Of a stretch of 64,000 nucleotides of DNA, positions 49,267 through 60,963 are shown piece by piece. The notes below the pieces were generated by a model. It was given only the letters and a program-made list of their open reading frames with translations, did not search any database and was not told the origin of the DNA. This stretch comes from Podospora anserina. Lineage: Eukaryota. Position numbers and translations under genes: made by a program. Positions within the stretch are counted from its first letter, which is position 1. The number at the start of each line of letters is the position of its first letter. Location: positions 1,116,001 through 1,180,000 of the forward strand of contig CM030334.1 of assembly GCA_017654855.1 (NCBI GenBank), read 5' to 3'.

Positions 49267-51243
49267 CTAAATGTCAGGCCCCGCACCCCCGACCGCATCT
49301 TCGCCATTGTCGTCGAGAATGTCAGACAGAGGATAACTCCACCAATTCTCCCACCACTTATCACTTCCCCCCTCACGCGGAGGCCATACCTGTTTCCAAA
49401 GCTCATTGACTTCTTGATCATCCGTCTTCTTAAGACATTCCAATGCCTTGTCCCTGCTGCCAGTCTCCTTGGTAACCTCACGCACCTCCACCTCGGATGA
49501 TTCTACATCCTGTCTTGTGCAGATCCATGTACGACCACCGACAACCTCCACGATATCTTTCCAACTGGCGTCGTAGGATGATGACACGGCGTGGTAAGAT
49601 CTGAGGGCCCTGGCGGAATCTTGGATCGGGAGGCATTCGATTTTGAGCCGTTCCAATGGGCACTTTCTTGCTGCAATCTTTCGAAAGATGGCACGAGCCA
49701 AAGTCTCATCGACGGCAATCTCGACTAAAGCCTTCCGAACGTCTCGAAACTTGTCCCATGACAGATCCATGATCGCGCTGATGGGAGGAGGGTATTGCGG
49801 TTCTGGACAGACAAACTGCAGCACAACCCGTCGGAGCCGTGGCAACCGCCCAAGAAGTCGGTAGATGGCAGTTTCATGCGGTCCCGCCTCACGCGCTAGA
49901 CGTAGGCGGACGTCTTCCAGGTTTGGACACCACTGAATCAGCTGTCGCACCTGGGAATGATCCAGGGGCGCAAAAGGGTAAATCTGAAGTTTGCGCAAGG
50001 CCAGGCGTGGGCCATCGTGGATCCCTTGAAAGGTCGTCTTATCGAGATTGCCGCTCAGCTTGAGGGTGTCGAGATGAGGTAGAACTGAAAGCAACTGGCC
50101 GAGGTTGTTGTGCATGTCTTCCCAGTCGACTGATAGGCTCCTGAGGGAAGGGATCTCGCCCTCTGCTGCCATTGAAATCAAGGACATGACGTCCAAAGAG
50201 AGGCATGGCGATAGTTCGAGGTGACGCAGTTCTGTGAAGGATCGAAGAGGTTTCCAGGCTGCAATATGATTGAGCAGTTCGTAAATAAAGCCAGATGAGT
50301 GCAATGTGAGCGACTCCAATGGGTGCTTTTCGGGTTTCTTCGAAATCTTGCCGTCGGCAGATTTGCCAGCACCGGCTTGCTCTAGAAAGTCCTCCCAAGA
50401 GGATTCGGGCTGATAAGCCCCGTGCCGCACCGCCATAGTATCGTACCTGTAGTCAAGCTTGAACTTCCTCAGAGAAGGCGAGTTCACTATCAACCAGTGG
50501 AGGGCCTCTGTATTGAAGCTTTTCTCTGCTTCGTCGCTATATGGCTCGTACTTCATATCGATGCTGTAGAGACAGGGAGATGTAAGCAAAGCATACTCAT
50601 CGGCGTCTATAGCTTGAACGTTACTTGCGGACAAGTAAAGACTCCGCAGACTGAAGGTATGCATATGCAGGCGACTCCGGGGATGGCGTTGGTGCAATGC
50701 CTCGAGTACACATCGCGGTATTTGGTGGGTGCAGGCGTAGATAAGATCTCTCAGGCCAGATAGCTGGCCTATGAGGTCGGCGAAGGGTTGCCATGCCTCG
50801 TTCAGCTCTTGTTTGCGCTGTGAGTCGTATTTGGGCAGATTAGGCCTGAAATAGCTCGAGTCATAAACACCCTCCGTTTCACTGTCTCCTTCATTGTCGG
50901 GCGACTCGTTCCAACCACCGTTGGCGAGGAATCTTCCGTCGACACCGTTTGGGCCAAGATGATCAGTTCCCAAGAGGAGAAAACCCCTCAGCGTGATTCG
51001 ACGGACGTGATGGGAGCGATTTTCGACGGCGAGAGTTGCTCTCAGTTCTTCCACATCACGATCGAACTTGTCCCTCTCGCGCGCGGTGAGCTTAAGGCTG
51101 GTAAAGCGGCGTGGTGCCGCTGCTTGACAGCAGAACTTGCTGGCCAAGGAAAAAGGGCGGATGCTGTCTTGATGAAGGAAGTTGGCGAGGTACTGGGCAA
51201 TGTGTAAAGGGAGCCTCTCTAGAAGGCAAGGTTGCTGAGACAT
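49267..51243 (-). CDS. Hypothetical 658-aa protein with F-box-like N-terminus and LRR-like repeats
   Basis: LLERLPLHIAQYLANFL (F-box-like); repeated LxxLxL segments (LRHLEL, LRSLSV, LDTLKL, LRRVVL). Single long ORF. Confidence 0.75.
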   Translation of the reverse strand: MSQQPCLLERLPLHIAQYLANFLHQDSIRPFSLASKFCCQAAAPRRFTSLKLTARERDKFDRDVEELRATLAVENRSHHVRRITLRGFLLLGTDHLGPNGVDGRFLANGGWNESPDNEGDSETEGVYDSSYFRPNLPKYDSQRKQELNEAWQPFADLIGQLSGLRDLIYACTHQIPRCVLEALHQRHPRSRLHMHTFSLRSLYLSASNVQAIDADEYALLTSPCLYSIDMKYEPYSDEAEKSFNTEALHWLIVNSPSLRKFKLDYRYDTMAVRHGAYQPESSWEDFLEQAGAGKSADGKISKKPEKHPLESLTLHSSGFIYELLNHIAAWKPLRSFTELRHLELSPCLSLDVMSLISMAAEGEIPSLRSLSVDWEDMHNNLGQLLSVLPHLDTLKLSGNLDKTTFQGIHDGPRLALRKLQIYPFAPLDHSQVRQLIQWCPNLEDVRLRLAREAGPHETAIYRLLGRLPRLRRVVLQFVCPEPQYPPPISAIMDLSWDKFRDVRKALVEIAVDETLARAIFRKIAARKCPLERLKIECLPIQDSARALRSYHAVSSSYDASWKDIVEVVGGRTWICTRQDVESSEVEVREVTKETGSRDKALECLKKTDDQEVNELWKQVWPPREGGSDKWWENWWSYPLSDILDDNGEDAVGGAGPDI

Positions 51244-51484
51244 GGCTGGGACGAAGCAACTTGGACGGAAAAAAGTCCAAAGGTCGCGTTATTGTGAGAA
51301 GAAGTGAGGCTGCTTCAGGCAGTATCAGGATTACAGTTTGGGCAGCTCAGCTCGGCGGCTAGATACACGTGATGTGTGTAATTACATAGATTTCGTCCAA
51401 AGCCGTCTTTTTCCATCAACATTACCACCACCGTGCTTTTTCAAGCTCCCAGCAGAACTACACGCAGTCACTCTGAAGATTTTG

Positions 51485-51541
51485 AAATCGCATCATTGTA
51501 CAAAAATCGCATCATGGCACGAAAATCGCATCATTGTACAA
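51485..51541. repeat. Three tandem 19-bp repeats AAATCGCATCATTGTACAA (middle copy diverged)
   Basis: Units at 51485-51503, 51504-51522 and 51523-51541. Confidence 0.9.
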
Positions 51542-52643
51542 AAGCCGCCATTGTGTGTTCCACGTTGGCCCGCCTTTCTTCCCCCACGCTGGATGATGCT
51601 TCATCGATTTGAAGATTATCAGGAGGGCTCAGCATCCGGTGACTTTGATGGATCTAACGGGTAGCTAGACTAGTGACTTCCGATGTGAATGTGATCGCGT
51701 ACCTGCAGGCAGAAAACTTCCCCACTAACGGTGAAACGCAATATGAACCAACGACAAATCCTAGTAGTACAAGCTAGTCAACGGCCAAGCTCTATTCTAT
51801 GTTTTCACGTCGTAGAATTCGACAACCTATGTAACCTCCCTACAGAAACATCAACATGCAGCGCAGCCTTCGCTTTCGACTAGCGTTCAACAACTCGCTA
51901 GCCCACGAGAGGCTGACAGCCAAGTTCCAACCACCATATGAAAGGATGGCCAAGCATGGAAGCAAAGCGCTGGACTTCGGAGTCGACTATCCAAACAACT
52001 ATTGTTATTGGAATCTTGGTCATGGGGTGAATAGATGAGATGGTCAGAGCTGACAGGATGATCGAGGTCAGTGACAACGAACATGTGCTTCTCAATATCA
52101 AATAATATCTGTCGGTTAACGTTTGTAGTTTTGGTACAGAACAAGGAACAAGGCTAGCAAGTGTACTCCTATTTCGGCAGAGTGGTGACCGCTTCAAACC
52201 TGCGCGTCATCACGGGCCGCTTGTCGAATTTGTACGACTTACGCGTGATACGTTGGTGCTCAGCACGATGGCAGGATGCAGGTACCAGGCATGGGGTGAC
52301 CGTTGAGGGGTTCCAAAGACCGGGATACTTATCACGACGCTTGTACCAGCCAGGCTAGGACTACACATATCCGCTACCCTGTGGTCCATTTTCAACACCT
52401 GCGTCCAACTTCCTCTCCTGGGGCAGGCTAGTGTCAAACTGGTAGAGTAACGCGGGAAATTGGAATGGCTGACGTGTCTTGAGGTAGGAACTCATTATTC
52501 TCGCAAATGTTGCCATCCACGGAATAACAAGGGGAGATGACATCGCGAGCATGAGACGATCCGACTATAAGAGCCCCAAGTCTTCTCTCGTGGTGAAGCA
52601 TCTGTTCTGACTGTAGGCCACCCAACAAAGGCGAACAATCAAC

Positions 52644-54652
52644 ATGGGCCAAACCTGTACCACCGTTCAGGTTGAGACTGGAGAGAGTTGCTGGCACGTT
52701 TACCTCACAATCCCATCTCTTAGCAGTACAGCCTTACTAACCGTTTATTAGGTCTCTGGCTACAAAGTGCGGAATCACAGGGTCACAACTCACCGGTTAC
52801 AATCCCGCCCCCGAATTCTGCTCGAATTTCCAAGTCGGACAGCACTTATGCTGCTCAGAGCTCGATCAGCATGTCTGCTGCTCCAAGGGAGACTTGCCCG
52901 ACTTCTCCCCGCAGCCCAACCCGGACGGTTCATGCCATACCTACACTGTTCAGGCCAACGACAATTGTTGGGATATTGCAGCGGCCTACTACATTACACA
53001 GCAGCAAATCAATGACTTCAACCAGAACACATGGGGCTGGGCGGGTTGTGCCAACCTCATGCTGGATGCTAACATCTGTGGGATATCTCAACTTTCTAGA
53101 AGACGATCAACCTCTGTGCTGACAAGTCACCCACAGGCCTTTCAACAGGTTCACCGCCCATGCCAGCCCCATTTGCCAACGCCATTTGCGGACCCCAGGT
53201 TCCCGGAACCCTCAAGCCCGCCAACATGAACGACCTTGCGACCCTCAACCCATGTCCCCTCAACGCTTGCTGCAACGTCTGGGGACAATGTGGTATCGAC
53301 GAAAACTTCTGCATCCCAAGTCCAGTCCTTGGAGGTGGACCCGGCACGGCCACACCAGGGTCAAACGGTTGTATCGCCAGTTGCGGCATGGACATCGTCG
53401 GAGACACTACTCCTCCTGCAGAGTTTAAGCGGATTGCTTACTGGGAGGCATGGAATGCCAACCGTCCTTGTCTTCACATGCCTGTATAATGCCCTCTCTT
53501 GGACTTCTCTGTCACAGCTGCTGATAAACTTCGATCGCAACAGGCGAACAGAATCGACACCAACTACTACACCCACGTCCACTTCGCCTTTGGTGATATC
53601 ACCCCCGGCTTCCAAGTCGACGTCAGCAGTCTCCAGGGACCTTACAACGATTTCAAGGCCCTGACGGGTGTGAAACGTATCATGAGTTTTGGCGGTTGGA
53701 GCTTCTCAACATCACACGACACCTATGCCATCTTCCGATCTGGCGTCACTCCAGCTCAACGATACGCTTTTGCTCAGGATGTCGTCAATGTGAGATTCCC
53801 TCCCCACCCCATCGTTTGTCTTTTTCCTCTAACAGCCCACAGTTCATCATCAACGAAGGCCTCGACGGCGTCGACTTCGACTGGGAATATCCCTCCGCCC
53901 CAGACCTCCCCGACATCCCCCCGGCCAACCCCACCGACGGCCAGGACTACCTCTCCTTCCTCCAAACCGTCCGCTCTTTGCTGCCAAGCCACCTCAGCAT
54001 CAGCATCGCAGCCCCTTCCTCGTTTTGGTATCTGAAAGGCTTTCCCATAGATGAGATCGCCGATGTGGTTGACTACATGTTTGTCCCCGCGCCCTCCCTG
54101 TTCCTCAACCCCACTGATAACCCCTTACTTAGAGTATACATGACCTACGACCTCCACGGCCAATGGGACTACAACAGCCCCTGGTCCTCCCCGGGTTGTC
54201 CCACCGGCAACTGCCTCAGGCACCACACCAACAAGACCGAAACCCTCACCTCCCTCGCCATGATCACAAAGGCGGGCGTCCCATCGTCCAAAATCATCAT
54301 CGGCATGGCGTTGTACGGACGCACGGTGAAGATGAGCATACCGGGGTGTTGGGGACCGGATTGTTATTTTACCGGTCCGGCATCGGGGGCTGAGCCGGGG
54401 AGGTGTACAGCTGAAGCTGGGTATCTGTCCAACTGGGAGATTGAGGAGATCATCAAGAGTGATTCGAGTGTTTTTCGGTATAGTGATGAGCATGGGGATA
54501 TTTTGGTGTATGGGGGGGATCAGTGGGTGAGTTGGATGTCGAGGGGGAGTTATGAGGCTAGGGTGGGGTGGGTGAGGGGGTTGAATATGGGGGGGACGAG
54601 TGATTGGGCGGTGGATTTGGGTGAGGATTGGGGGGAGGGGGCTTTGTGCTAG
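52644..54652 (+). CDS. Subgroup-C (killer-toxin-like) GH18 chitinase with two LysM and one CBM18 domain
   Basis: LysM1 CTTVQVETGESCWSLATKCGIT; LysM2 CHTYTVQANDNCWDIA; CBM18 CPLNACCNVWGQCG; catalytic GLDGVDFDWEYP; YMTYDLHGQWD; GGTSDWAVDL. About five introns. Confidence 0.88.
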
Positions 54653-55177
54653 GAGGGATGATCACGGGGGTGGGAAGGGGGTGAGGTTGAATTATAAAGG
54701 TTAGGTAGGGAGGAGAGGAGGAGGAGGTTTTGGGAAAGGTTCTGGGGTAGTGGGGGGACGTAAGTACAGAAATTCAATAGCTTGCCATACCTGCCAGAGG
54801 CTTCATGTTGGATTGTCCTTTATATATAGGTAGGTGTGACCCCCACAATCAAATATTGATTTGCTACCCCGCCTTGGCAGGTGTATGCCACGGGTCATGA
54901 AATTCAAAGTTTGTGCTGCATGCAATATTGGTGAGAATTCGGGAACAATTGTTGAATGGATGGTGGCATCATATTAGGTCCCGCTGACTGGAGCTCTGGA
55001 AAAGAAGCGCACACCTCATTCATCTTGAAAATAAACAGTAGCCTACTCTGACAAGTTGCTTAGGTAGGTAGGTGAATCCTGAATCATTTACTTCCACCTA
55101 CTTAACGAATAACCCTATTCCAACTAATAACCTAACATTAGTAACCTTATCCTGCCTACCTAACTAGAGACTTTATT

Positions 55178-56377
55178 CTAGTCGATACTTATCTCGCGCA
55201 AGAGGATAAAGAAAGTCTGTAAAGATGACGAAAGAAAGCCCCGTGATTCCAAGCAGTCTCTATAGAATGGTTCAGGGAACGCATTCATCCCTGACAACCC
55301 CTCGGCTCTCTCCATATGCCCTGCCAACTGCTTCATCTCTGGTGACACTGGGTGGGTAAGAAGCAGACAAGTCTTCATTGACTGAGAATACTTGGCCAAC
55401 TTATCGAGAACAACGCTGCATACCCACGAGCGTCTATCTCCAGAAGCTTGAAGTAGGTGATTCGTCGCAAGTTGTGTCACGTTCCCGAATGAACGTCGAA
55501 GTTGGCAACCTAGTCGAAACTGGCAGTGTGAATAAATGGCAGAAATCAGGTCGTTGACGTCGCCCAAGCCGCTGCCGTCGTTCAGTTTTGGCATGAGATA
55601 TTGAGTTTGTTGGTTGTTCAAGGGTCTCATGACCGAGAAATATATTCTTCACATTGATTCCGAAGTTCTTGACCGAGTAACTTGACTGTCTGGGAGTCGG
55701 ACCCGAGCCGAGAGGGAGAAATGCTACAACCGCGTGGCGCCAAGTATGATAGATCGCTAGAGGGAGAAGAAGGATTTCGTAAAAGTACGGGTTATTGCGG
55801 CGCTTTCCGTGCGAGAATGGGTCTTCGAAAGCTCGGTTCCTTGACAAAGTCAGGAGGGAGGTTGACGAAGAACGGTCTGTTGCCACGAGATGACGAGGAC
55901 TTGTCCATGTGGCGAATGGTGAATGAAAGCGACTTGTAGGCTGGAGACGAACCAATGCCAGCTAGGATGGTGAGTACGTCGCAGAGTTTGGCGCGGAGAA
56001 GTAGGAGAGCAGCGAGGTGATGGCCTCCGTCTGGAGCATGAAATTCAACCACGGTGTTGGCACGGCGATGGCATGTCAGATTCCGAGCCAACGGGGAATC
56101 GAGGTCGCTGATGCAGAAGGTCTTGGGCTTCTTTTGGGTGGGCGATTCGGTGACGGCGAACTCGAGCCAGCAACTTCCTGAGCAATGCGAATTAACGATT
56201 ACGGTCAATTTGTGAACGTTGATCTCGTTGGTACAGACACCACCTGGAATAATGTCGATAGTCTCCGCCCGGGTCCTGCGGTCAACTTGAAGGAGATTAT
56301 TCAGATCCTCAGTCTTGCCAACCTCACCCCCGGATCGTCTGCCTGATCTCACAGGTGAGGGCCGAGACTGTAGTCAT
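55178..56377 (-). pseudogene. Frameshifted gene remnant (three overlapping ORFs in successive frames)
   Basis: ORFs 55792-56352, 55434-55955 and 55178-55630 read as consecutive pieces of one protein (LLLLRAKLCDVLTILAG ... NPYFYEILLLPL ... LISAIYSHCQFRLG). No obvious introns at the junctions. Confidence 0.45.
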
Positions 56378-57447
56378 GGTTTGTCGTTGGTAATTGTAGT
56401 CTTCTGGCTAGGTGACTGGCGAGTGTCGACGATGGTCAGATCCGGGTCGAGGGCGGGCTGATGATGGTGACAGAACTGGCGTTGCTCACAGATAAATCAG
56501 AAGTCTGGTAGAGATAATTGCAAGAGGAGTAATATTCACCCGGGAGATAAGTACCCAAAAATTTGAAAACTCTTCCTCTGTTGATTCACATTTATTCACT
56601 TATACGGAAGAAGCAACTATCAGACCCATGTGCGCTTTCGACGATGTCAATCAGCGGTCCAAGTAAACACAGATTAACGGACGAAAGTACGGAGCAACCG
56701 ATAGAGGATATCGACAGTAGATAGGCACTTAGGAAGGTGTGTTGATATTAAACGAGGCGTTAGTAGCAACCTGGTCCAGTAGACGAAGAGAAAGGCAACC
56801 GCCCTATCGTTCAATTAAAACAACTATGTCCAAAATGCCTATATATAAACCCCGTGTCCATTTGCTCAACTAGTCGTGGCAAATCCCCTTCTCATTCCTC
56901 CTCGTCATATTTTACATGACCCCCGTCATAAAACGTTATACAAATATCGAAACCTCGAGAAAAAGAAAAAAAAAGAAAGGAAAAGAATCACCCAATAACA
57001 TCCCTCGTCGAAACTGTCGTAAATATGTTTCACGAAAAGTAAAAGTCCAAAAGTCCAAACAGTCATGGGCCTATCAAAGTCGTCATTTCTTTTTCCTCCC
57101 TTGCTCCTGGCTTGTGATGAGGAAGATAAATTCTTCCTGTATGAAAATAAAAGGAGAAATGGTAAAGGTGATTAAAAGTTTTAGAGAAAAGACGTTTAGT
57201 GTGAAATAGGAAAGGCGGCCGAAGTCGAAGTGAAATATTTCGAGGGAATTAAGAGGGTGTATGTAATCAAGGCCGTTGCTGTGATGGTGGTGATAGAATA
57301 GTGGTACAGAGGTCTGTGGTCGGTAGCGGTATAGGTCAGTGGTAGATGACGGTACATGGTGAAGAACATGTCGGTGAAGCATAAATTGGTGAAAGGGTTT
57401 TGGTGAAGTCGGTATATAGATGGTACACCGTACAAGTGAGCTCAGTT

Positions 57448-58905
57448 CTACCAGCTCGACAGGTCGTCCACCTCACGGGTAGCATCGACGCCCTCCATCC
57501 CATAGTCCATACACGATGACTGGCCTCTCACGCTGAGAAGCGCGGGATCAATCATGGTGTCTGACATGTCCTGGTTGTTTCTATTGTAGTAATAACCGGA
57601 CCATTCGGGAGCTGGCTGCTGGTTTACCGTGAGAACTGGAACCCCCAATGGGTATCCACCTTCCAGTTGAGGGGATTTATCAAACGGCCTGCTGACACCA
57701 ATAAGTGTAGAATCCTGGGTATGGCCTTGATCGTTTACATTCTGGCTGAAAGTAGAAGTGCCAGAATAAGCAGCTAAATCAAACTCTGCAGACCTGTCGG
57801 CCAAGCTCTCAGGAACCTGAGGCGAACCGGGAGAAGGATTGGGGTGGGATGGCGACGGAGGCACCGAGTTGGCACTGCATCCACACAGCTCGGACACAGG
57901 AAGACAGAGAGCCTCAGGGAGACCCCTCGGTGCCGGCGAAGTGGATTCGGAGTACGGCTTAGAACCCAACCTGACAGCCCAGAGTACCAACAGCTCACTA
58001 TCGGGCACATGCCTGGTCTCCAGCATCTTCCTCAACACGATTGATGTGTGCGGCTGCCACTTCAAGTCTTTGCCCTTGGGGTTTCGATTCTTCCAGCCAT
58101 CATAGATACCTGCTTGCCGCATGAGATTTCGGAAGCAGGTTGAGTGGGACCAGGCCTGGTTGGGGCGATTGGCCTCGACGTGGTTGGCGACGTGATGAAA
58201 GTAATCAGTAGCTGTCTCGGCAGGGTCGGCGGCGTCAGGTGTTTCGAAGACATGCTTGCAGTTGGTAAAGCCACAGGCGAAGACAACTCGGGGGCAGAGT
58301 ATGGTCGTGATGCAATCCGAAGACCGGTGGAGGTTGCCGTGACTGGGCTCCTTTAGGTGCGCTTTCATCCCCGGAAGACAGTCATATGTCTTGCCGCAGC
58401 CACGCTTCGGGCAGGCCCACTGTGCATTGGTGTTATGATAATTTCGCATATGGCGTTTAAGATCATTCTTCCGGCGACAGGCCGTGTATGCCCCAACTTC
58501 AGAGCAGAGGGGGCACTGGAGATAGTCATCTTTGCTAGCCACGGTTGCTGGTGACGAGGCACGCGGGCGACCTGTGGTGGCACCGAGAGAACGTCGTCCA
58601 GTGCGCCGTTGATGTGAGACAGGAGGTGGTTTAAGTCTTGTAGCGGAGGATATGTTGTCATTCTCGGCAATGGTAGTCGCGGGAGAGAGGCGTGAGGATG
58701 GACCTGTATTCGTGTCAGAGCTCGTCTCGAGGATCACGGCCATATCAGACTTGCGTTGAACATCTTCCAACTCCGGAACAACTGCCAATCCTTTCCCATG
58801 AAAGTTTAAGTACCCACCAAGACTTATGTAAGGGCTGGGAAAATCCGAGTTCGGGGATTTCTTGAGCAATTGTTCAAGGTTGATGTTGGTGCTTTGCATA
58901 GCCAT
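57448..58905 (-). CDS. C2H2-type zinc-finger protein
   Basis: CPLC..RRKNDLKRHMRNYH, CPKRGC..MKAHLKEPSH, VFACGFTNC..YFHHVANH. 485-aa ORF. Confidence 0.82.
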   Translation of the reverse strand: MAMQSTNINLEQLLKKSPNSDFPSPYISLGGYLNFHGKGLAVVPELEDVQRKSDMAVILETSSDTNTGPSSRLSPATTIAENDNISSATRLKPPPVSHQRRTGRRSLGATTGRPRASSPATVASKDDYLQCPLCSEVGAYTACRRKNDLKRHMRNYHNTNAQWACPKRGCGKTYDCLPGMKAHLKEPSHGNLHRSSDCITTILCPRVVFACGFTNCKHVFETPDAADPAETATDYFHHVANHVEANRPNQAWSHSTCFRNLMRQAGIYDGWKNRNPKGKDLKWQPHTSIVLRKMLETRHVPDSELLVLWAVRLGSKPYSESTSPAPRGLPEALCLPVSELCGCSANSVPPSPSHPNPSPGSPQVPESLADRSAEFDLAAYSGTSTFSQNVNDQGHTQDSTLIGVSRPFDKSPQLEGGYPLGVPVLTVNQQPAPEWSGYYYNRNNQDMSDTMIDPALLSVRGQSSCMDYGMEGVDATREVDDLSSW

Positions 58906-60963
58906 AATAGACCGTCGAGATGCCGGACGCGTTGTGGTTGTGGTTGGTTGATTTTGCTGCTGTGAGACTGGAAGGACACGGCGAGGTTGAACAGAACCGG
59001 ACTGAGGTTAAGGATGGGATCGCGGGCGTCGAAGCAACTCGAGAGATGGGCACGGAACGTGTCGAGTATAAAAAGGAGGGTGGGTAGTGTGGGGATGAGG
59101 AATGCCCCAACGAAGTCAATAAATATGAAGTGATGAATGAAGGTGTAAGCCGTGATGGGTTGAAAGGAGTGCAACAAAAAGTGCAAGGAGCACACGAAGG
59201 AGAGATGCCAGCCGGTTGCTGAGGACAGGAAACGAAAAGCAAAAAGGGAAAATGTCAAGTTATAAGAACAAACCCGGAAATGAGTTGAGCGGTGCCAACA
59301 AGGCTTTCCGGTCTCATCAGTCATCTTGAAAATCTCAGCGTAAACCTACGCCCAAGTGCAGCCCACTTTTCTCCTTTTGTTTTTCTTTTTTTTTTTTGTG
59401 TTGTTGGCCAACACGGCGAGCTGGAGGTCGATGCCGGGGTGCTTGCCTGTCATTGTCAAAAAAGTACCTAATCCAGACTTGAGGTCCAGCTGGGATTGGC
59501 GGCATTCACAGAAAAAGCCCGTTCGTACCTGCATCTGACGTGAACGATCTAGATCCACGATCGGCGGGAAGCCAGGAGCTCTGCATCTCCAATTCCAAAT
59601 AGGAATAAGCCACTGGTTCCAAAGAGTGGGATGAGATGACTGGAGTGTCGAAGAAATTTTTTCTTTTGGAACTGGCTGCCTGTGACGTTGACAGCAATTG
59701 AGGAGGTCTTACATGGGGGTCGGATATTCGGGTGCTAAAAGGTTTTGGAGAAGAAAAGAACAAGGCAATTTCCAAGAGCAAGGTAGCAGCTGAGACAGAT
59801 TGTAGTGATGTAACCTGGTTTCTCCGTCGATCCCTAGATCCCGGGTGTCAATCGCTGCTTTTAGAAGCGTACCTAGTATAGTCTACATTCACGACCAGCC
59901 CGATGATAATGTTATTATGATTAACAGAGTGGTTCATGAAATTGCAAGCGGGGGATAACTTCACCTGGAACGCCCGTCATCCAAGTTGCGGTGAGCTTTC
60001 ATTACCACCCACTATCACAGCAGCTGTCTGATCATGAAACACGCCCTGAGAAGAAACTTCTGCCACGTTGACGTGGACACCTTCGAGAAGGTGGGCTAGG
60101 CAGTTTTGTTTCTGTGAAGAGCGTCATCAGACAGCGTGGGAAATTGAGCGGAGAGAGGAAGCAGTCACGGCAACAGCAGCTTTCATCAATCGGCACACAC
60201 CGAAACCCGCCCGTTCCATGAGGCCGGGCCCAGCTGGACGTGGTGAGAGCCGTGCGCCTCCTCTAGCGTTGGGGTAGTAAACATTCGCAATGCTGGCCTT
60301 CATTTCGCAAAACGAGCTAGCATGGTCTCTTGACACTGCTGCATGCAGACAAGATGAAAATGGCCTGTTGCGACGTCAACAGTGATTTGGAATGGGGGAA
60401 AGTGAACAGTGGCTGGCAGGCTCGAAAGGGAAAAACCTTCAGTTCATGGGCTGCTGCAAGGCGTCCTTGGCGAACCATCGCCATGTCCGCGCCAGGGTCA
60501 AAGTGTGCGCTGGCAAGGCGGCAGGCTGCGATTCAGCAAGACCGCTGAGCGAAAAGAATCCTGACTCTTGGAACAACATATTGAGAAGCAAGGTAAAGGA
60601 GAAACAAAAAACTCGATCGTGTTATGAATGTCATGAAATGCTCAATAGCCATGGTATCCCCCTCGTCCAATAGGTATGTATGTATGTACAGCCCGCCAAA
60701 ATTGGTGGGGAAAGAAAAACGGCGACGCCCTCCAGCTCGCTCCCAGTCTCTCCTTTTTGAACATCAGATCCGGCCGCGGACCTCCAACCGCCATTTTTCA
60801 CCGACCTGGTAATGCACAATGTATCATAAAAGCAAACACTTTTCGCTCCCTTCCGGATATCACAATCGAAACTTTAAGAACAAAAATTTGAACAACACGC
60901 CCAATGCTAAAGTCTCACGCCCAAAACAACGTCCCAGTCAAGGTGTATTAGGGTACTAATTGC

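Noticed and set aside
51485-51541. CRISPR-like interpretation of the 19-bp repeats
   Set aside because: Eukaryotic context, no spacers and no cas genes.
4549-54652. Stop-loss editing or readthrough at terminal TAG codons of ASA1, HAD, TMA20, ADE6 and the chitinase
   Set aside because: The extensions I read are short, with no targeting signal or domain, so there is no sequence support.
59900-60035. Possible box C/D snoRNA (TGATAA ... CTGA)
   Set aside because: Box C mismatch, no clear terminal stem or rRNA guide recognised.
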